The notes under the pieces are model-generated. The model was given only the letters and a program-made list of their open reading frames with translations, was not told the origin of the DNA and did no database searches. DNA of 63,344 bases, the filler included, from Octopus bimaculoides (taxonomy: Eukaryota): the NCBI RefSeq assembly GCF_001194135.2. It is 7 parts of 7 records of this genome, joined end to end, with 100 filler letters (N's around TTAATTAATTAA, not from the genome) between each part and the next. Parts side by side here need not be neighbours in the genome. Positions count along the whole stretch, not along the records: positions 33,543 to 48,173 come from NC_068991.1; positions 48,274 to 58,964 come from NC_068995.1; 5 more parts are not named here. The stretch is one strand, 5' to 3'. This document shows, piece by piece, positions 36,695-50,454 of this stretch (positions are counted from its first letter, which is position 1; the number at the start of each line of letters is the position of its first letter). A program made the translations under genes and the position numbers.

Positions 36695-36953
36695 TATTGG
36701 ATTGGTGCATAATTATTGCGGCTTGTTTTTAAACAAATTTTATTCAACAAAAACGATAACATGTAACAAAAACACCTTTAAATGATTATTCCGGAGCATA
36801 TTCACCATGTACTTCAATTAATGTTTCCCATTTGCTTGGCAGACAGTCAGACCGTCATTTAAAGATGTTTTTTGTTAAATATTGTTATTGTTTCTGTTGA
36901 ATAAAATTGTTGAAAAAAAAAAAAAACCGCAATAATTATGCACCAACCCAATA
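36695..36953. mobile_element. Internally deleted mariner (MITE) with both TIRs and TA ends
   Basis: TATTGGATTGGTGCATAATTATTGCGG / CCGCAATAATTATGCACCAACCCAATA. The minus strand retains LPSKWETLIEVHGEYAPE*, a mariner C-terminus. Confidence 0.9.
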
Positions 36954-37393
36954 CTTCTCTAACAATCTGAGACGGTCGTGATTGGAAAGTCTTTATTCAC
37001 AAATAGGATCAACCTGAGATAATATCGTTTTAAATATAACAAACACAATAAAACAACAACTGTAAAATATAAGAATAGTAACTACAGGAGCAGCAGCATC
37101 AGCAACATAATTCTGTATTTACTTTAACCGCAAGTCAGAAATTTCATAGAAAGATGACATTGAATTTAATCGGCCCGAGCACCTGATTGGTGCTTTACTT
37201 TATCAGGGCCGAGTAAGCTGAAAGGAAAAGGGGACTATAACATAACCTATAACCTAATAACGCAATAAGAAAATAAATGTTAATCGGAAAGAGGAAGTAG
37301 TTATGGTCGTATGTTTTGATTTTTCTCCTGACTGAAGACGGAATGTCTTCATCAGTTTGTGTAAAAAAAAGACAATATATGATGTTGTAGTAC

Positions 37394-37668
37394 TTGTTAA
37401 AGTTGTCTCTAAAGATATTCTAAAGATATCAGAGCCAGCACTGATTTTTGTTACGACGTTTCGTACCCGAGACGTCAGATTGAAGCAAACAATAAAATCG
37501 AAGTTTCTACAGAAACTCCCTAAATATGGCACATACACCCATTACCCCATTTTCATCTTCGATCTCATTCTTTGTTTACATCTGACGTCTCGGATACGAA
37601 ACGACGTAAGAAAAATCAATGTTGGTTATAATTTCTATAGAATATCTGTTGAGGTAACCTTAACGAAT
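37394..37668. mobile_element. Foldback element with ~90-110-bp arms
   Basis: 37413-37503 is the imperfect reverse complement of 37557-37647 (core TTACGACGTTTCGTACCCGAGACGTCAGAT / ATCTGACGTCTCGGATACGAAACGACGTAA). Confidence 0.8.
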
Positions 37669-37708
37669 GGTGTAATAGCACTGCTAACACAGTAGAACAC
37701 GGCATTGA

Positions 37709-37930
37709 CTTACTCTTTTACTCTTTTACTTGTTTCAGTCATTTGACTGTGGCCATGCTGAAGCACCGCCTTTAGTCGAGCAAATTGACCCCAGGACTTA
37801 TTCTTTGTAAGCCTAGAACTTATTCTATCGGTTTCTTTTGCCGAACCGCTAAGTTACGGGGACGTAAATACACCAGCATCGGTCATCAAGCAATGTTGTG
37901 GAGTGGTGGGGGACAAACACAGACTCACAA
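37709..37930 (-). mobile_element. Family-C SINE 3' half
   Basis: Same tail as 11533-11700. Confidence 0.88.
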
Positions 37931-38084
37931 ACATATACACACACAAATACATATATATATATACATATATACAGTCTGACAGACATACACATATGTGTAT
38001 TTCTTTGTTTGTGTGTGCGTGTGTGTGTCTGTAAGTGTGTATGAAAGCGTGTGTGTAGATATTTTAATCATAGATAGAGTTAAT

Positions 38085-38303
38085 CTGTCGCCATATCACG
38101 GTTCACCTATCGCGGTTTATCATTTAAGCTTACGTCGATTCCTCCGCGGTGTTGCTTTGCATTTATAATAAAATAAATATATACAAATTATGAAAATAAT
38201 AAAAAACGATATGCATTTCAGTACTGTTCCGACTTCGCTGATTTTCACCTATCGCGGGGTGTTTTGGAACATAACATCCGCGATAATCGGGGGGGATTGC
38301 TGT
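38085..38303 (-). mobile_element. Tigger/pogo-like MITE
   Basis: Reverse-complement homolog of 58702-58920 (TACAG..ATCCC...ATCGCGG...GTTCCAAAA...GATAGGTGAAAATC). Confidence 0.65.
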
Positions 38304-39331
38304 ATACATAGAAAGATAGATAGATTGGTAGGCAGATAGTTATGTATAAGTACACTCAAGCACGCTTGCATACTTATATGTTTGTATACGTAACTTTCTT
38401 TTATATGCTTCGGTATTCGTCGTTATGTATGAAACGTTTATATATGTCTCAATAGGTTTACACTATCGAATAATTACGTATAAAGATTGCGAAAGAACAC
38501 GAGCTAATAATTTTTCATCGATATCCAGAGAGGCGACTTATCTTCACCACGGAATCTCATCCAACACCTTGAAACTAAGCTACCGACACTTTGTTACATC
38601 ATGGTCTCAATTGTAGAAAAACCATATTAAATTCCACAGTAGTTTTCTCGCAGACACTGACACAATGAATGGCTTCCTACATCAAGGCACACACAGTCAA
38701 TAACGATGACACATGGGCAATAAGATCACAGTTTTAGTAGGAGACTAGTATAACGATTACATAACAGGTGAGTATTTAGGAGAGAAGCGAGAACAGAAAT
38801 TGAATAATAAGCACGTAGTGTATTTGGGTGTATTATGAGTGTATGAGAAAGCGTGAAAATATATACATGTATGTGTATATATATATGTGTGTCCTCGTCT
38901 GTGCGTGCGTGTGTGTGTGTGTGTGTGTGTGTAGTTTACTGTTCGATTATAGGTAGGATCAACAACAATGAAATACATCAAGGTGAAAGTTACATATCAT
39001 TTAAAATACACAGTATTTACATATGAGCCATTAATAGTTTCATGCCGTGGAAGCACAATATTTCGCCATACTTTTATAACTCCACTGCGTGAAAGTATTT
39101 GTGGCTAATATTTAAACACTGTATATTATATCATAATACATTATATAGGTATACAACACTACTGCAAATATATATATATGTATANNNNNNNNNNNNNNNN
39201 NNNNNNNNNNNNNNNNNNNNNNNNNNNNNNNNNNTATATATATGGTAATTTAAGATGAGGTAGGGTATATAGGCTAAAATCAGAGAATATATCATTATAA
39301 AGGATTGTGGGTAAGGTCAGAACAATGTCGA

Positions 39332-39473
39332 GTACAAGATTATCTTCGTAATTTCGGCTGATTATACTCGAGATTGCTCCAATCTGGGCATCCACAAGAA
39401 AAAAATTGGAGAAACTGAGAAATTGGAGCAACCTCGAGTATAATCAGCCGAAATTGCAAAGATAATCTGGTAC
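39332..39473. repeat. Short foldback with ~52-bp arms
   Basis: GTACAAGATTATC...CTCGAGATTGCTCCAAT (39332-39383) pairs with ATTGGAGCAACCTCGAG...GATAATCTGGTAC (39422-39473), about 4 mismatches. Confidence 0.85.
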
Positions 39474-40324
39474 GGGACTGAGGAAAGAAAACTTCGAATG
39501 ACCCGTCCTTGTTTTCTTTGTATCGTCTATCTGGATGTTTTGCGTTCTTGTCCCATTTTGTGTTTGATATATATATATCGGCGTACGTACACTTTGGTCT
39601 CTTATATATACATGTATATATATATATAGCAAATATGTGGGTCTCTTTTTCCTTCTTTCCCTCTGTGTAAGTACGCGCGTGAGAGTTTGTGTGTCTATGT
39701 CCGAGTGTTGATGTCTTTATGCATCTCAGGAAATTTTGCATATATTTATTTAGAGGAAATATCGTCAGAAATTATACACCAGACAAATTAACTCTCAATT
39801 TAAACACTACAATACTATAAAAAGTACACCTAACCGTTTTAAAACTACAAAAACATAACAATAATCACATTAAGCAGTTTACACATAGGTTAAAGTTGAA
39901 ATCGGTTTGACTGATTCGCTATAGTCCTTAAGCATCCTATATCAGGACTGTAATGCAGCTAAACAGCCCAAACTACTTGGAAATGGTTTCCGTGGAGCAT
40001 CTTGTGGTTAGTAGAAGTGCTTGAAATGTCTGTTTATGTTCATTAATTGTCATAAGTATTTTTTTAACCCGTTAAATAATAGGTTAAACTATTAAGTAGA
40101 GGTTTAAATTACAAATAATTGATTCACAACCCAGGTGTGATTCCTTATGCTGTCCGTGATCTGTATGTGTTCTTAAGAACGTTAATGACACTCTGTGCTT
40201 ATAAACACACTGACACACATACACGCATACACATATATACATACACATGCAACAAAAATGCGTAATACATACATATCTATCTATCTCTATCTATCTATAT
40301 ATTATATGTAAATGTATCTATATT

Positions 40325-40399
<75 letters not shown>

Positions 40400-40449
40400 G
40401 TATGTATGTATATTTGTGTGTGTGTATTACACATACATATGTTTGTGCA

Positions 40450-40482
<33 letters not shown>

Positions 40483-40924
40483 GCGTGTATGAGTGAATGA
40501 ATGCACATTTAGTGCGGGGTTATGGAGTTGATAGGGGGAGTTGAAGATAATGGAATGTGTTCTTTTTTTTTCTTATAACGCTGGCAGACGATGCTAGTAG
40601 GTCATTTGGATGGGAGGAAATCCTTAAAAACTCCCGTATTCTTTATATTAGTTATCGGTTAGATACGTCCTCATTAGACAATAGTTTATCTAAATCAAGT
40701 GGAATACTTTATGTTATTTTTCTGACCCCGGGGGCACCGTCTACTGCACACAATAAATGGTTCCATTTAGACTTGAGGACTAACATTGTTCCCTATTATT
40801 ATCTTTATTAATATCAAGGCTTTCCATTTGTCCCCCCCCAACTAGCAGTATTCACAGTGATTAATGACTGACTGAGATTTTCAAGTATAAAAAGAAGCTT
40901 TACTGATTTACTTATGATAGTCCC

Positions 40925-40927
40925 TAG

Positions 40928-40990
<63 letters not shown>

Positions 40991-41341
40991 AATAATATCC
41001 TTATTATTATTATTATTATTATTGTTGTTGTTGTTGCTGTTGTTGTTGTTGTTACTACTATTATTATTGTCATTATCGTTATTATTTTTATTATTATTAT
41101 TATTATTATTATGATTATTATTATTATTATCATTATCCTCCTCCTCCTCCTCTTCCTACTCCTCCTCATCATCATCGTCATCATCATCATCATCATCATC
41201 ACATCATCACCATCGTCATCATTATCATCGTCGTCGTCGTCGTCGTCATCGTCATCATCATCATCATCATCATCATCATTATTATTATCATCATTATTAT
41301 TTTTTTATTATTATTGTCATTATTGTAATTATTATTGTTTT

Positions 41342-41388
<47 letters not shown>

Positions 41389-41400
41389 GAATTCTAGCTC
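40925..41400. repeat. Compound triplet microsatellite (ATT/GTT/CCT/CAT/CGT)
   Basis: Directly visible. Confidence 0.95.
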
Positions 41401-41952
41401 AAAGNNNNNNNNNNNNNNNNNNNNNNNNNNNNNNNNNNNNNNNNNNNNNNNNNNNNNNNNNNNNNNNNNNNNNNNNNNNNNNNNNNNNNNNNNNNNNNNN
41501 NNNNNNNNNNNNNNNNNNNNNNNNNNNNNNNNNNNNNNNNNNNNNNNNNNNNNNNNNNNNNNNNNNNNNNNNNNNNNNNNNNNNNNNNNNNNNNNNNNNN
41601 NNNNNNNNNNNNNNNNNNNNNNNNNNNNNNNNNNNNNNNNNNNNNNNNNNNNNNNNNNNNNNNNNNNNNNNNNNNNNNNNNNNNNNNNNNNNNNNNNNNN
41701 NNNNNNNNNNNNNNNNNNNNNNNNNNNNNNNNNNNNNNNNNNNNNNNNNNNNNNNNNNNNNNNNNNNNNNNNNNNNNNNNNNNNNNNNNNNNNNNNNNNN
41801 NNNNNNNNNNNNNNNNNNNNNNNNNNNNNNNNNNNNNNNNNNNNNNNNNNNNNNNNNNNNNNNNNNNNNNNNNNNNNNNNNNNNNNNNNNNNNNNNNNNN
41901 NNNNNNNNNNNNNNNNNNNNNNNNNNNNNNNNNNNNNNNNNNNNNNNNNNNN

Positions 41953-41983
<31 letters not shown>

Positions 41984-42009
41984 CTATATGTATGTATGTA
42001 TGTGTGTGT

Positions 42010-42612
42010 GTGTATCTGTGCTTGTCACCCCATCATCGCTTGACAACCGATTTTGGTATGTTTTCTTTCCCGTAAAATAGCGGTACAGCAAAATAGACTG
42101 ATAAGTACTAGGCTTACAAGGAAGAAGTCCTGGGGTCGATTGTACTATCTTTTTGTTTTGTGATATCTTTTGTGACTGTCATTATGTTTTATGTTTGTGA
42201 TGTGTAGCCCTTTACAAAGAAATCGGTATTTCGTCTGCTGCTACGTTCTGAGTTCAAATGCCGCCGAGGTCGACTTTGCCTTTCATCCTTTCGGGGTCGA
42301 TTAAATAAGTACCAGTTTCGCACTGGGGTCGATGTAATCGACCTAATCCCTTTGTCTGTCCTTGTTCTTTCCCTCTATGTTTAGCCCCTTGTGGGCAAAA
42401 AAAAATTAAAAAACGTTAACACGCCGGGCGAAATGCTTAGCGGTATTTCGTCTGTCTTTACGTTCTGAGTTCAAATTCCACCGAGGTTCGACTTTGCCTT
42501 TCATCTTTTCGGAGTCGATAAATTAAGTACCAGTTACGTACTTTGGGTGATCTAATCGACTGGCGTCTTCCCCAAAAATGTTCAGGCCTTGTGCCTAGAG
42601 TAGAAAGGAATA
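42010..42612 (+). mobile_element. SINE cluster: family-C fragment then two family-A copies (42218-42400, 42418-42612)
   Basis: Alignable to the other copies. Confidence 0.8.
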
Positions 42613-43215
42613 GTAATCTATTAGCGATGTTAGTGCTAGATGTGATGTCGCCATCCACTCTTTTATTTTTGTTTTCACTGTCGTTGCACTTGTGGCGATA
42701 ATATTGCTGAAGATGGCCATGATGCTTTGGTTTATTTCCATTATCAACGGGAAGAAAACGTCTTGCCCCATGTAGAAAATTTTGATGCCTTAGTTTTTAT
42801 ATTGTGCAGAGTAAGATACACTCGGTCCCCAGGTCGCAGTATATCAGATACAGGGATCCTTAACCAGGCAGATGAGGTGTTCTCCTGGAGGTAAAAAAAA
42901 AAAGTCTAGTAACGTTGTTCCGAGCGGATCAGCCATGTTGGAGTAGCACCAAACATTGCTTTTGATATAGTTTTCCAAAAGTAGTTAAGTAAAAACGTAA
43001 ATAAACAAATAAATAACGAAAAGAAAAGAAAAAGAAAGAAAAAAAGCAATTTGACTCTAAGCAACAAAATGAAGCGGAACTGACCAGCATCTGAGAATAC
43101 TGTGCTGGTCAGTTTGTTGAAGCAAATTGTTTAAAAGTGGGCTTTAAAACAAATGATGTAATTATGTGTGTTCTAAAGGCGGGTTTTGCCCATACTGCAA
43201 TAATAATAGTGATAA

Positions 43216-43441
43216 TAATTCTTTCTGCTCTAGGCAATAGGCCTGAAATATTGTGGGAGAGAATTAAGTCGACTACATCGACCGCAGTGCTCGACTGGTA
43301 CTTATTTAATCGACCCTGTAAGCATAAAGTGCAAAGTCAATGCTGGCAGCTTTTGAATCCAGAACATACTCAGCCGGCCGAAAGTAATGCCGCTATGCAG
43401 TTTATCCGAGTTGCTAATGGTTCTGTCAGCTTGCCACCTTA
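43216..43441 (-). mobile_element. Diverged family-A SINE
   Basis: Alignable to the family-A consensus. Confidence 0.75.
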
Positions 43442-43788
43442 ACAACAACAACAACAACAACATAAAAATCAGCAAAATCAACAATAATGTGTATGTAATG
43501 AAAACAAAATTGTCACAGCATTGTTAAATTCTCTTTGTACTATGATTCAAATGAAAGAAACATTTTTTTCTTTTTTTCATTTGGATAATAATTTAGAGTT
43601 AATAGTCTTATATTCAAATCATTTTTACTGGCATTCTTTGGGGGGAAAAGGAAAACAATTGCTTCTTTCATCCATGACTCGAAAACTATGTAGCTGTCTC
43701 GCTTGCCTTTGTATTCGCTTGTTGCTTTAATATATGCGGCACAAGCCGGGAATATTTAATGAAGAAAGATGCGTCATGAGATTTTCCC

Positions 43789-43831
<43 letters not shown>

Positions 43832-43841
43832 NNNNNNNNNN

Positions 43842-43885
<44 letters not shown>

Positions 43886-45371
43886 GAGGAACTGGTTGAT
43901 TTTGTTTTAAGGATTCATGCAGAATGTACCTAAGTATTATGTCAAAGCGACTTGATGACGACAGCAGTTTATTGAGCTGAAGCTTGAATATAATAAATAA
44001 AAACAAAATTGTTTTCGGAAAATTAAACAGATTGTGTGAAACATGAGATTGTAGATTATTGCTAGGTTACTGATTAGTGATAAGTACAGGAAAAATTGTC
44101 TCCACGAAAGCATTCTGTTTTAAGATGCTGTCTAATTGTTAACATATATATTTCTTCTTGAATTGTTAGCTAATTTCATTAGGGAAACTGTGTAATTAAG
44201 TTTCGTTTTATGAGTAGATTTTTCCATTCTTGAGTTCATAGTATCAGTATATCTTCTTTGTATGTGTGTGTGTGTGTTTGTGCGTATTTGTTCGATTGTT
44301 TGTGTGTGTTTGTGTATTATTTTGCGTGTGTGTTTGTATGTGTTCGTGCTGGAGTGTGTCTTTGTTTGTGCGCGTTTGTGCATGCGCGTGTGTATTATCT
44401 CAAGTGGCATTTAAGTTAACTGTTTTATCCTCTGCCATAAGTTTGGATACTTGATACCAAAAATTTACAAAACTATTTCGTTCCAACATCAGTTAAATCA
44501 ATAACTGCCGAAAGTTTCATTAAAATTTATGACAGAAATAAAATGTGTTCAAAATGAAAAAAATTAAATCGAAAATTTAAAGGTTAATGAATGAGAAGGA
44601 GAGAAACGAAAGGACCGGGTTCGGTTCTCACTATCGACATTGTGAGTCCAAGCAGCATATTTGCCGATATACGGTATTTGTCTTGGAATGGACGATTGTT
44701 AATGTTGTTTAGCCCCAGGAAACATCGTTTCCAGCTGGCTATACGACACAATATCTGTTCCCTTATATGTTCGAACAGGGAGTCCAGCACTCCCAACAAG
44801 CGCAAAACAACGTCTGTGGACCGGTTTCTGGGTTATTGCACTTTATCAACACAGAGTAGCTGCTTGGCTAGGTGGCGTTGTTGAATTCACCGTTCGAATA
44901 TATAGTTTTCAAAGTGACACACAGTTACTGATCTAATAAAATGAAAATATTATTTTTTCTGAATCTCTCAAAGAGAGATATTCAGTAAGAGTTCTTTAAA
45001 GTAACGGATAACACAAATAGTGTTGTGAGTAAAATCTCAAGATTGTGCGTTCACGCAGCATCACACATGTATTTTTGTCAGTAAAATTCTCACTCGTTAT
45101 GAAGCCATCGAGAGGTAGGGGCCATTTCAAGAGGGCCGCCATATATTATGGCACCCTCATTCAATGTAACCCATCCTCTAAATTATGTATCACATTTCTC
45201 TCGTCTCCAGTCTTCACGACTGCATGTTTTTTATTATTTTTTTTTTTGGTGAGTTTAATCCAAACGTTTCGAGCAAAGATCTTCCATCTTAAACGATACA
45301 TTGTCTTTGTATAAAATTATTTTGGTTGGAAATCATAATGCTCTACATGTTGTGTTGAGCACTTCACTCAC

Positions 45372-45433
45372 TTTAGAATCTTCTTCTTTGTTGTTGGTGC
45401 TGTTGCAACAAGTAGTAGTCACATCTCTGTCAT
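45372..45433 (-). CDS. Candidate internal exon of an unidentified minus-strand gene: (D)DRDVTTTCCNSTNNKEEDSK
   Basis: Acceptor gtaatttttttcag, donor AAA|gtgagt, one open frame (phase 1 to 0). No recognisable domain. Confidence 0.3.
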
Positions 45434-45496
45434 CTGAAAAAAATTACTGTCATAAAAATGAAGAGACCCGTTATATGAAGTAGTACTATAAATAAC

Positions 45497-45700
45497 AGGC
45501 ACTCCGTCGCTTGCGATGGCAAAGGTTCTGGTTGAAATGATCAGCGGAACAACCTGCACGTGAAATTAACGTGCAAGTGGCTAAACTTCCAAACAAGCAG
45601 GTGTGACACTGCAAGCTCTTTGAATTACAGGCACAACTCATTTTTGCCAGGTGAACGGATAGGAGTAATGTGAACACAGCACATCACCGGCAATCGAACG
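45497..45700 (-). mobile_element. Family-B SINE 3' fragment
   Basis: GGCACTCCGTCGCTTGCG...GAAATTAACGTGCAAGTGGCT shared with the other family-B copies. Confidence 0.8.
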
Positions 45701-46013
45701 CATGACCTAAAGATCGAGAGCCAGTTACTCTAACCAATAAGACATGCCCCTTCTCTATGTATACCATGCTTAAAAATTGAAGAGAGAAATACCAAAATTA
45801 TGATCACTGCTGAAAGCATCGTTTGTCTTTCGGCCGCCAGCTTAATCAGGACTGACAAATATCTAGACAACTACATTTTGTCAGTTGTTCATTCCATAAC
45901 AATATATTTTTCAGCTTCAGCAAATTGTTACTGATCTGGTAGTTCAAACAAACTATTCTAATTTAAATTCTGGAGTTTCTCTTTTTTAATCAATCAATCA
46001 ATCAATCAATCAC

Positions 46014-46066
<53 letters not shown>

Positions 46067-46319
46067 GTGGGCGTGGACGTTTTTGCGTCTGTGTGTTAAT
46101 CCCACCGATGCTTGACAATGAGTTTTGGCGTTCTTACGCCCTCGTGACTTAGCGGTTCAGTATAGAATAAATACCAAACTATAACACTCACATAAGTACA
46201 GGGGTCAACCTGGAAGGCGATGTCCCAGTTTAGCCGCAATTCAAAAACTGAAACCAGTAAGTCATTAACTATGAGATCATCATAACATATTCATAAATTC
46301 TAAATAATTATTGTGACTG

Positions 46320-46444
46320 TTGTTTGTGCTGTTGTTGTAGTTGTTGTTGTTGTTGTTGTTGTTGTTCTTCTTCTTCTTCTTCTTCTTCTTCTTCTTCTTC
46401 TTCTTCTTCTTCTTCTTCTCCTTCTTCTTCTTCTTCTTCTTCTT

Positions 46445-46512
<68 letters not shown>

Positions 46513-46605
46513 TACTACTACTACTGTCATTATTACTATTACTAATAATTATCATTATTATTATAATTATTATTGTTATTTATTATTATTAATATCATCA
46601 TCATC
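46320..46605. repeat. Compound (GTT)n(CTT)n(ATT)n(ACT)n microsatellite
   Basis: Directly visible. Confidence 0.95.
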
Positions 46606-47814
46606 AATATATTTTAAATTCAATAAATTTATAGTCTTTGAAGCATCTACGCCTTGAAAATGTCCATTTATTCCTTTTCATATAACTACCACATTTCAAT
46701 TCGGTGCCTGTTTGGCATCTCAGAAGAGCAATATGAAATATCATTTTCAGTGATATGGATTTGCACTTTATTGTATTTCTTTAAAAGTTTATGATCTCGC
46801 TAAAACCTGGCGCCTTTCTGTCTATTGAAAATATCACATGTGACCCATAAAATCAATAATATCCACTCCGCTGACCATCTCTTGGTGTCTGCAGTGCACT
46901 TTCTGAATATTGCTCTCCCAGCATCCTACTAAACATAAAGCAAAAGGACATCTCTTCACGCTTGGCACTGCCTAACCCCTAATACTTAATGAATGATTCC
47001 ATTTTTCAAAATATATATATACATATATATATATATATGTATATATACACATACACGATACACACACGACACGCACATACATATGTGTGTATGTGTGTGT
47101 TCGCGTGTGTATGCCTACAAGTAAGAATATCCATAACATGTTTCCCCTGACATTGGTGTATTTTTACTAGTTTTGAACTATCAAGTGATTTTTGTTTTTC
47201 TTATACTGTTATATACCATTATGACTCTTTCAAAATATGATAGGCTACACACATACGCGCACACACACACACACTCACACACTCACACATAAACATATGT
47301 ATATATACATGTATGAATCTATATTGGAAGAGAGAAACATTGCACAGAAGGATGACAAAAGAACACGGAAAAATCGCACACTACAAATCGACTTGCCAAT
47401 TCCTCATCAATTGTCGAACAAAAGTCATCACAGTTTCGTGACATTATCGGTAATCTATTTATATAATAGTTTTTCTGTTTATGACTAGTCGTATTGAAAA
47501 AGCAATTTAGCATTAAAATAAAGAATTATGCAATGATTTAGTAGAATTTTTACCTATTATAATTTGACCAGAAGAGGAATAAATGTAATTTGAAAGTCAG
47601 ATAGCCAGAAGAATGTAAGCTGACCGAAGCAACAATCAACCCTATTCTCGTAAATGTGTACTATATATAAATTTACACGTACATACATACAGACATTTAT
47701 GCATACATACATACACACATTAATGCATACTTACATGGATAGACACACATATATACAGGTATATATGTATAATTCAAAAATCTCTCTCTATATATATATA
47801 TACGTGTGTCTGGG

Positions 47815-48135
47815 TGTATTGTGAAGGGTCGTGATATAGTGGTTAGGGTATTGGGCTTGCGTGTTCGATTCCTGGCGGCACCTAGTGTCCTTGAGCAAGA
47901 CACTTTATTTCACGTTGCACCAGTCCACTCAGCTGGCAGAAATATGTAGTACCTATATTGCAAAGGGCCAGCTTTGTCCCATTTTCTATCACGCTGAATG
48001 TCCCCGAAAAGCATGTGAAAGAGAATGCGTTTCTGTGTAGTACTCAGCCACTTGCACATTAATCTAACGAGCCAGCTGTTTGTTCCGTTGATCAGACCAA
48101 CTGGAATCCTCGTCATTGTAAGCGACGGAGTACCA
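47815..48135 (+). mobile_element. Family-B-related SINE
   Basis: tRNA-like head AGTGGTTAGGG...GTTCGATTCC and the family-B 3' body. Confidence 0.8.
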
Positions 48136-48140
48136 TTTTA

Positions 48141-48173
<33 letters not shown>

Positions 48174-48289
48174 NNNNNNNNNNNNNNNNNNNNNNNNNNN
48201 NNNNNNNNNNNNNNNNNTTAATTAATTAANNNNNNNNNNNNNNNNNNNNNNNNNNNNNNNNNNNNNNNNNNNNATCACAGACGCAAACA

Positions 48290-48455
48290 CACACACATAT
48301 ACACACACGACGGTTTTCTTTCACTTTCCGTCAACCAAATCCACTACTGTGGTTGGCCCGAGGCTATTTGGAAGACATCTGCCCAAGTCACCACGCACTG
48401 CGACTGAACCCAGAACCATGTGGTTGGGAAGCAAGCTTCTTACCACACAGCCACA
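48290..48455 (-). mobile_element. Family-C SINE head
   Basis: Reverse complement of TGGCTGTGTGGTAAGAAGCTTGCTTCCC. Confidence 0.8.
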
Positions 48456-50215
48456 GTTTTACTGGGGGATAAATTCGAAAGTTTACTTTTACCACCATGA
48501 GTAATATCAGGGAATATGGTATTCATACAGCAATTATAGTTTAACGTTTATTAGATTTCTTGGTGCTTCTACAGAATGATGAAATGAATACTAATTTTCA
48601 ACAGAAAACTATTTATTACGTTGAAATGAAATTAAGTAAAAAAACATTTCTCATTTGTATAACTCCCCGCATAACTACTGTAATATACTTCCTCCCTATT
48701 CCCTCTCGACACCTACCCTAGTATGTGTACTCATTCTGTACCTCTTACGTTAACTGTCTCTATATTGCTTTTGCTCCCTCCCTCCCTCTCTTTCTCTCTG
48801 TCCTTTTCTCTGTACGATGTGAAAAGTGACTGGAGAAATCAAGCAAACGTTTATATCACCTATTACATGTTTGAAACACATACAGATGTACACATACGCG
48901 CGCGTTGGAGACTTATTATAGTAGTAGAATTAGCACTTTAACTGCTATTTCGGTATGTGGTGAAGCAACTGTTGCTGATCCCTTAATTATATATATATAT
49001 ATATATAAATATANNNNNNNNNNATATATATATATATATATATATATGTGGGCACAGGACGTCACGAAACGTGTACAACAACAAAAAAAATACGAAGTAC
49101 GGGTACATGGAATATAAAATATTTTTTCGAACAAGGAAAGACACAAATGGAAAACAAGACAAACAACATAAAGAATGACGCTTCACCAGTTGTTATCTAT
49201 TTTTCTACTCTCGCATTTCGAGCATTTAACGACAATATACTCTTTCGATAAAATGATTGCTCCCGCAAAGCAAATTAAATCAAATTATTTGGGATTATTG
49301 CGGAGGGTCAAAATTGGTAACACAAACAGGACAGTGAAAACAAACAGAAAGGGCTACATATATGTATATAAGTAAGAGTATGTATGTATCTATGTATTAG
49401 TATGTTCTGCTATCTGTCTATGTATACATCTCCCTGTATACATAGACATATCTCCTGAGCAAGATATCTTGCACTTTGCTTGTCTCTGGGTCCCTTAGTA
49501 TAACTTGTGTTCTTGACCCTTCTAACGGATATATGAAACAGAATATGAGTGAAAGAGAAACAGACAGTGAGTGAGGGAGGGAGTGAGTGAGTTCAGGAAG
49601 GAAGGAAAAAGAAATACACAAGAATATAGCAGCAAATTAACTTTCAGTCGTATACGTAATTCTCCGAGAGAAATAAAATATTTGTAGCAAAAATTACGAA
49701 CAATATATTATTCATGTCTTTATTCATATACAATTTATATGCAATTTATTCTATTCTCGCAATTGTTTTCGCTCAGTAAATTGCTCAGTAAATTTCTATC
49801 GAAATTGTTTGTTTATTATGCGAAAGTATTCTAACAATTCGGTTTCTATCGATTATAACTGGTTAAAATGTTTGAATGTAAAATTTTGTCAGTATCTGTT
49901 AACTATGTATTAGAAATCCTTAAACATACAAACTTGTCGAAGAACAGTTGGTATTTAAGAAATAGCAATATCAGAAACGACAAACGATTTGGAATATAAA
50001 AGAACACGTTAAACCTTGTAATCAGGTATAGTGGCTAATGTAGATTTGTATTTCAGAGAAATTTATTATTAACGAATTCTTTGTTAAAAAATGCTTTCCA
50101 AACTGGGAAGTATGGGGTCGTTATTAAAATATTTTAAATGTGTAACTGTTAAGCACGTGGCAGCCTTACTGACGGTATTTCAATAATGCAATAAATAAAT
50201 AAATAAATAAATAAA

Positions 50216-50432
50216 TAATCCTTTCTACTGTAGGTACAAGGCTTGAAATTTTTGGGGAGGAGACTAGTTGATTATATCAACCCCAGTATTTCACTGGTAC
50301 TTAATTTATCGACCCCGAAAGGATAAAAGGCAAAGTCGAGACCTCGGCGGAATTTGAACTCAGAACGTAAAGACGGACGAAATTCCGCTAAGCATTTTCC
50401 CCGAGTGCTAGCGATTCTGTCAGCTCGCTGCT
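50216..50432 (-). mobile_element. Family-A SINE
   Basis: Near-consensus copy. Confidence 0.9.
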
Positions 50433-50454
50433 TTGGAAAACTGAACTGACATCT

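Noticed and set aside
40630-40700. GATACGTCCTC...GACAATA resembling U2 snRNA
   Set aside because: Only an 11-nt match. There is no U2 5' end, branch-site pairing region or Sm site.
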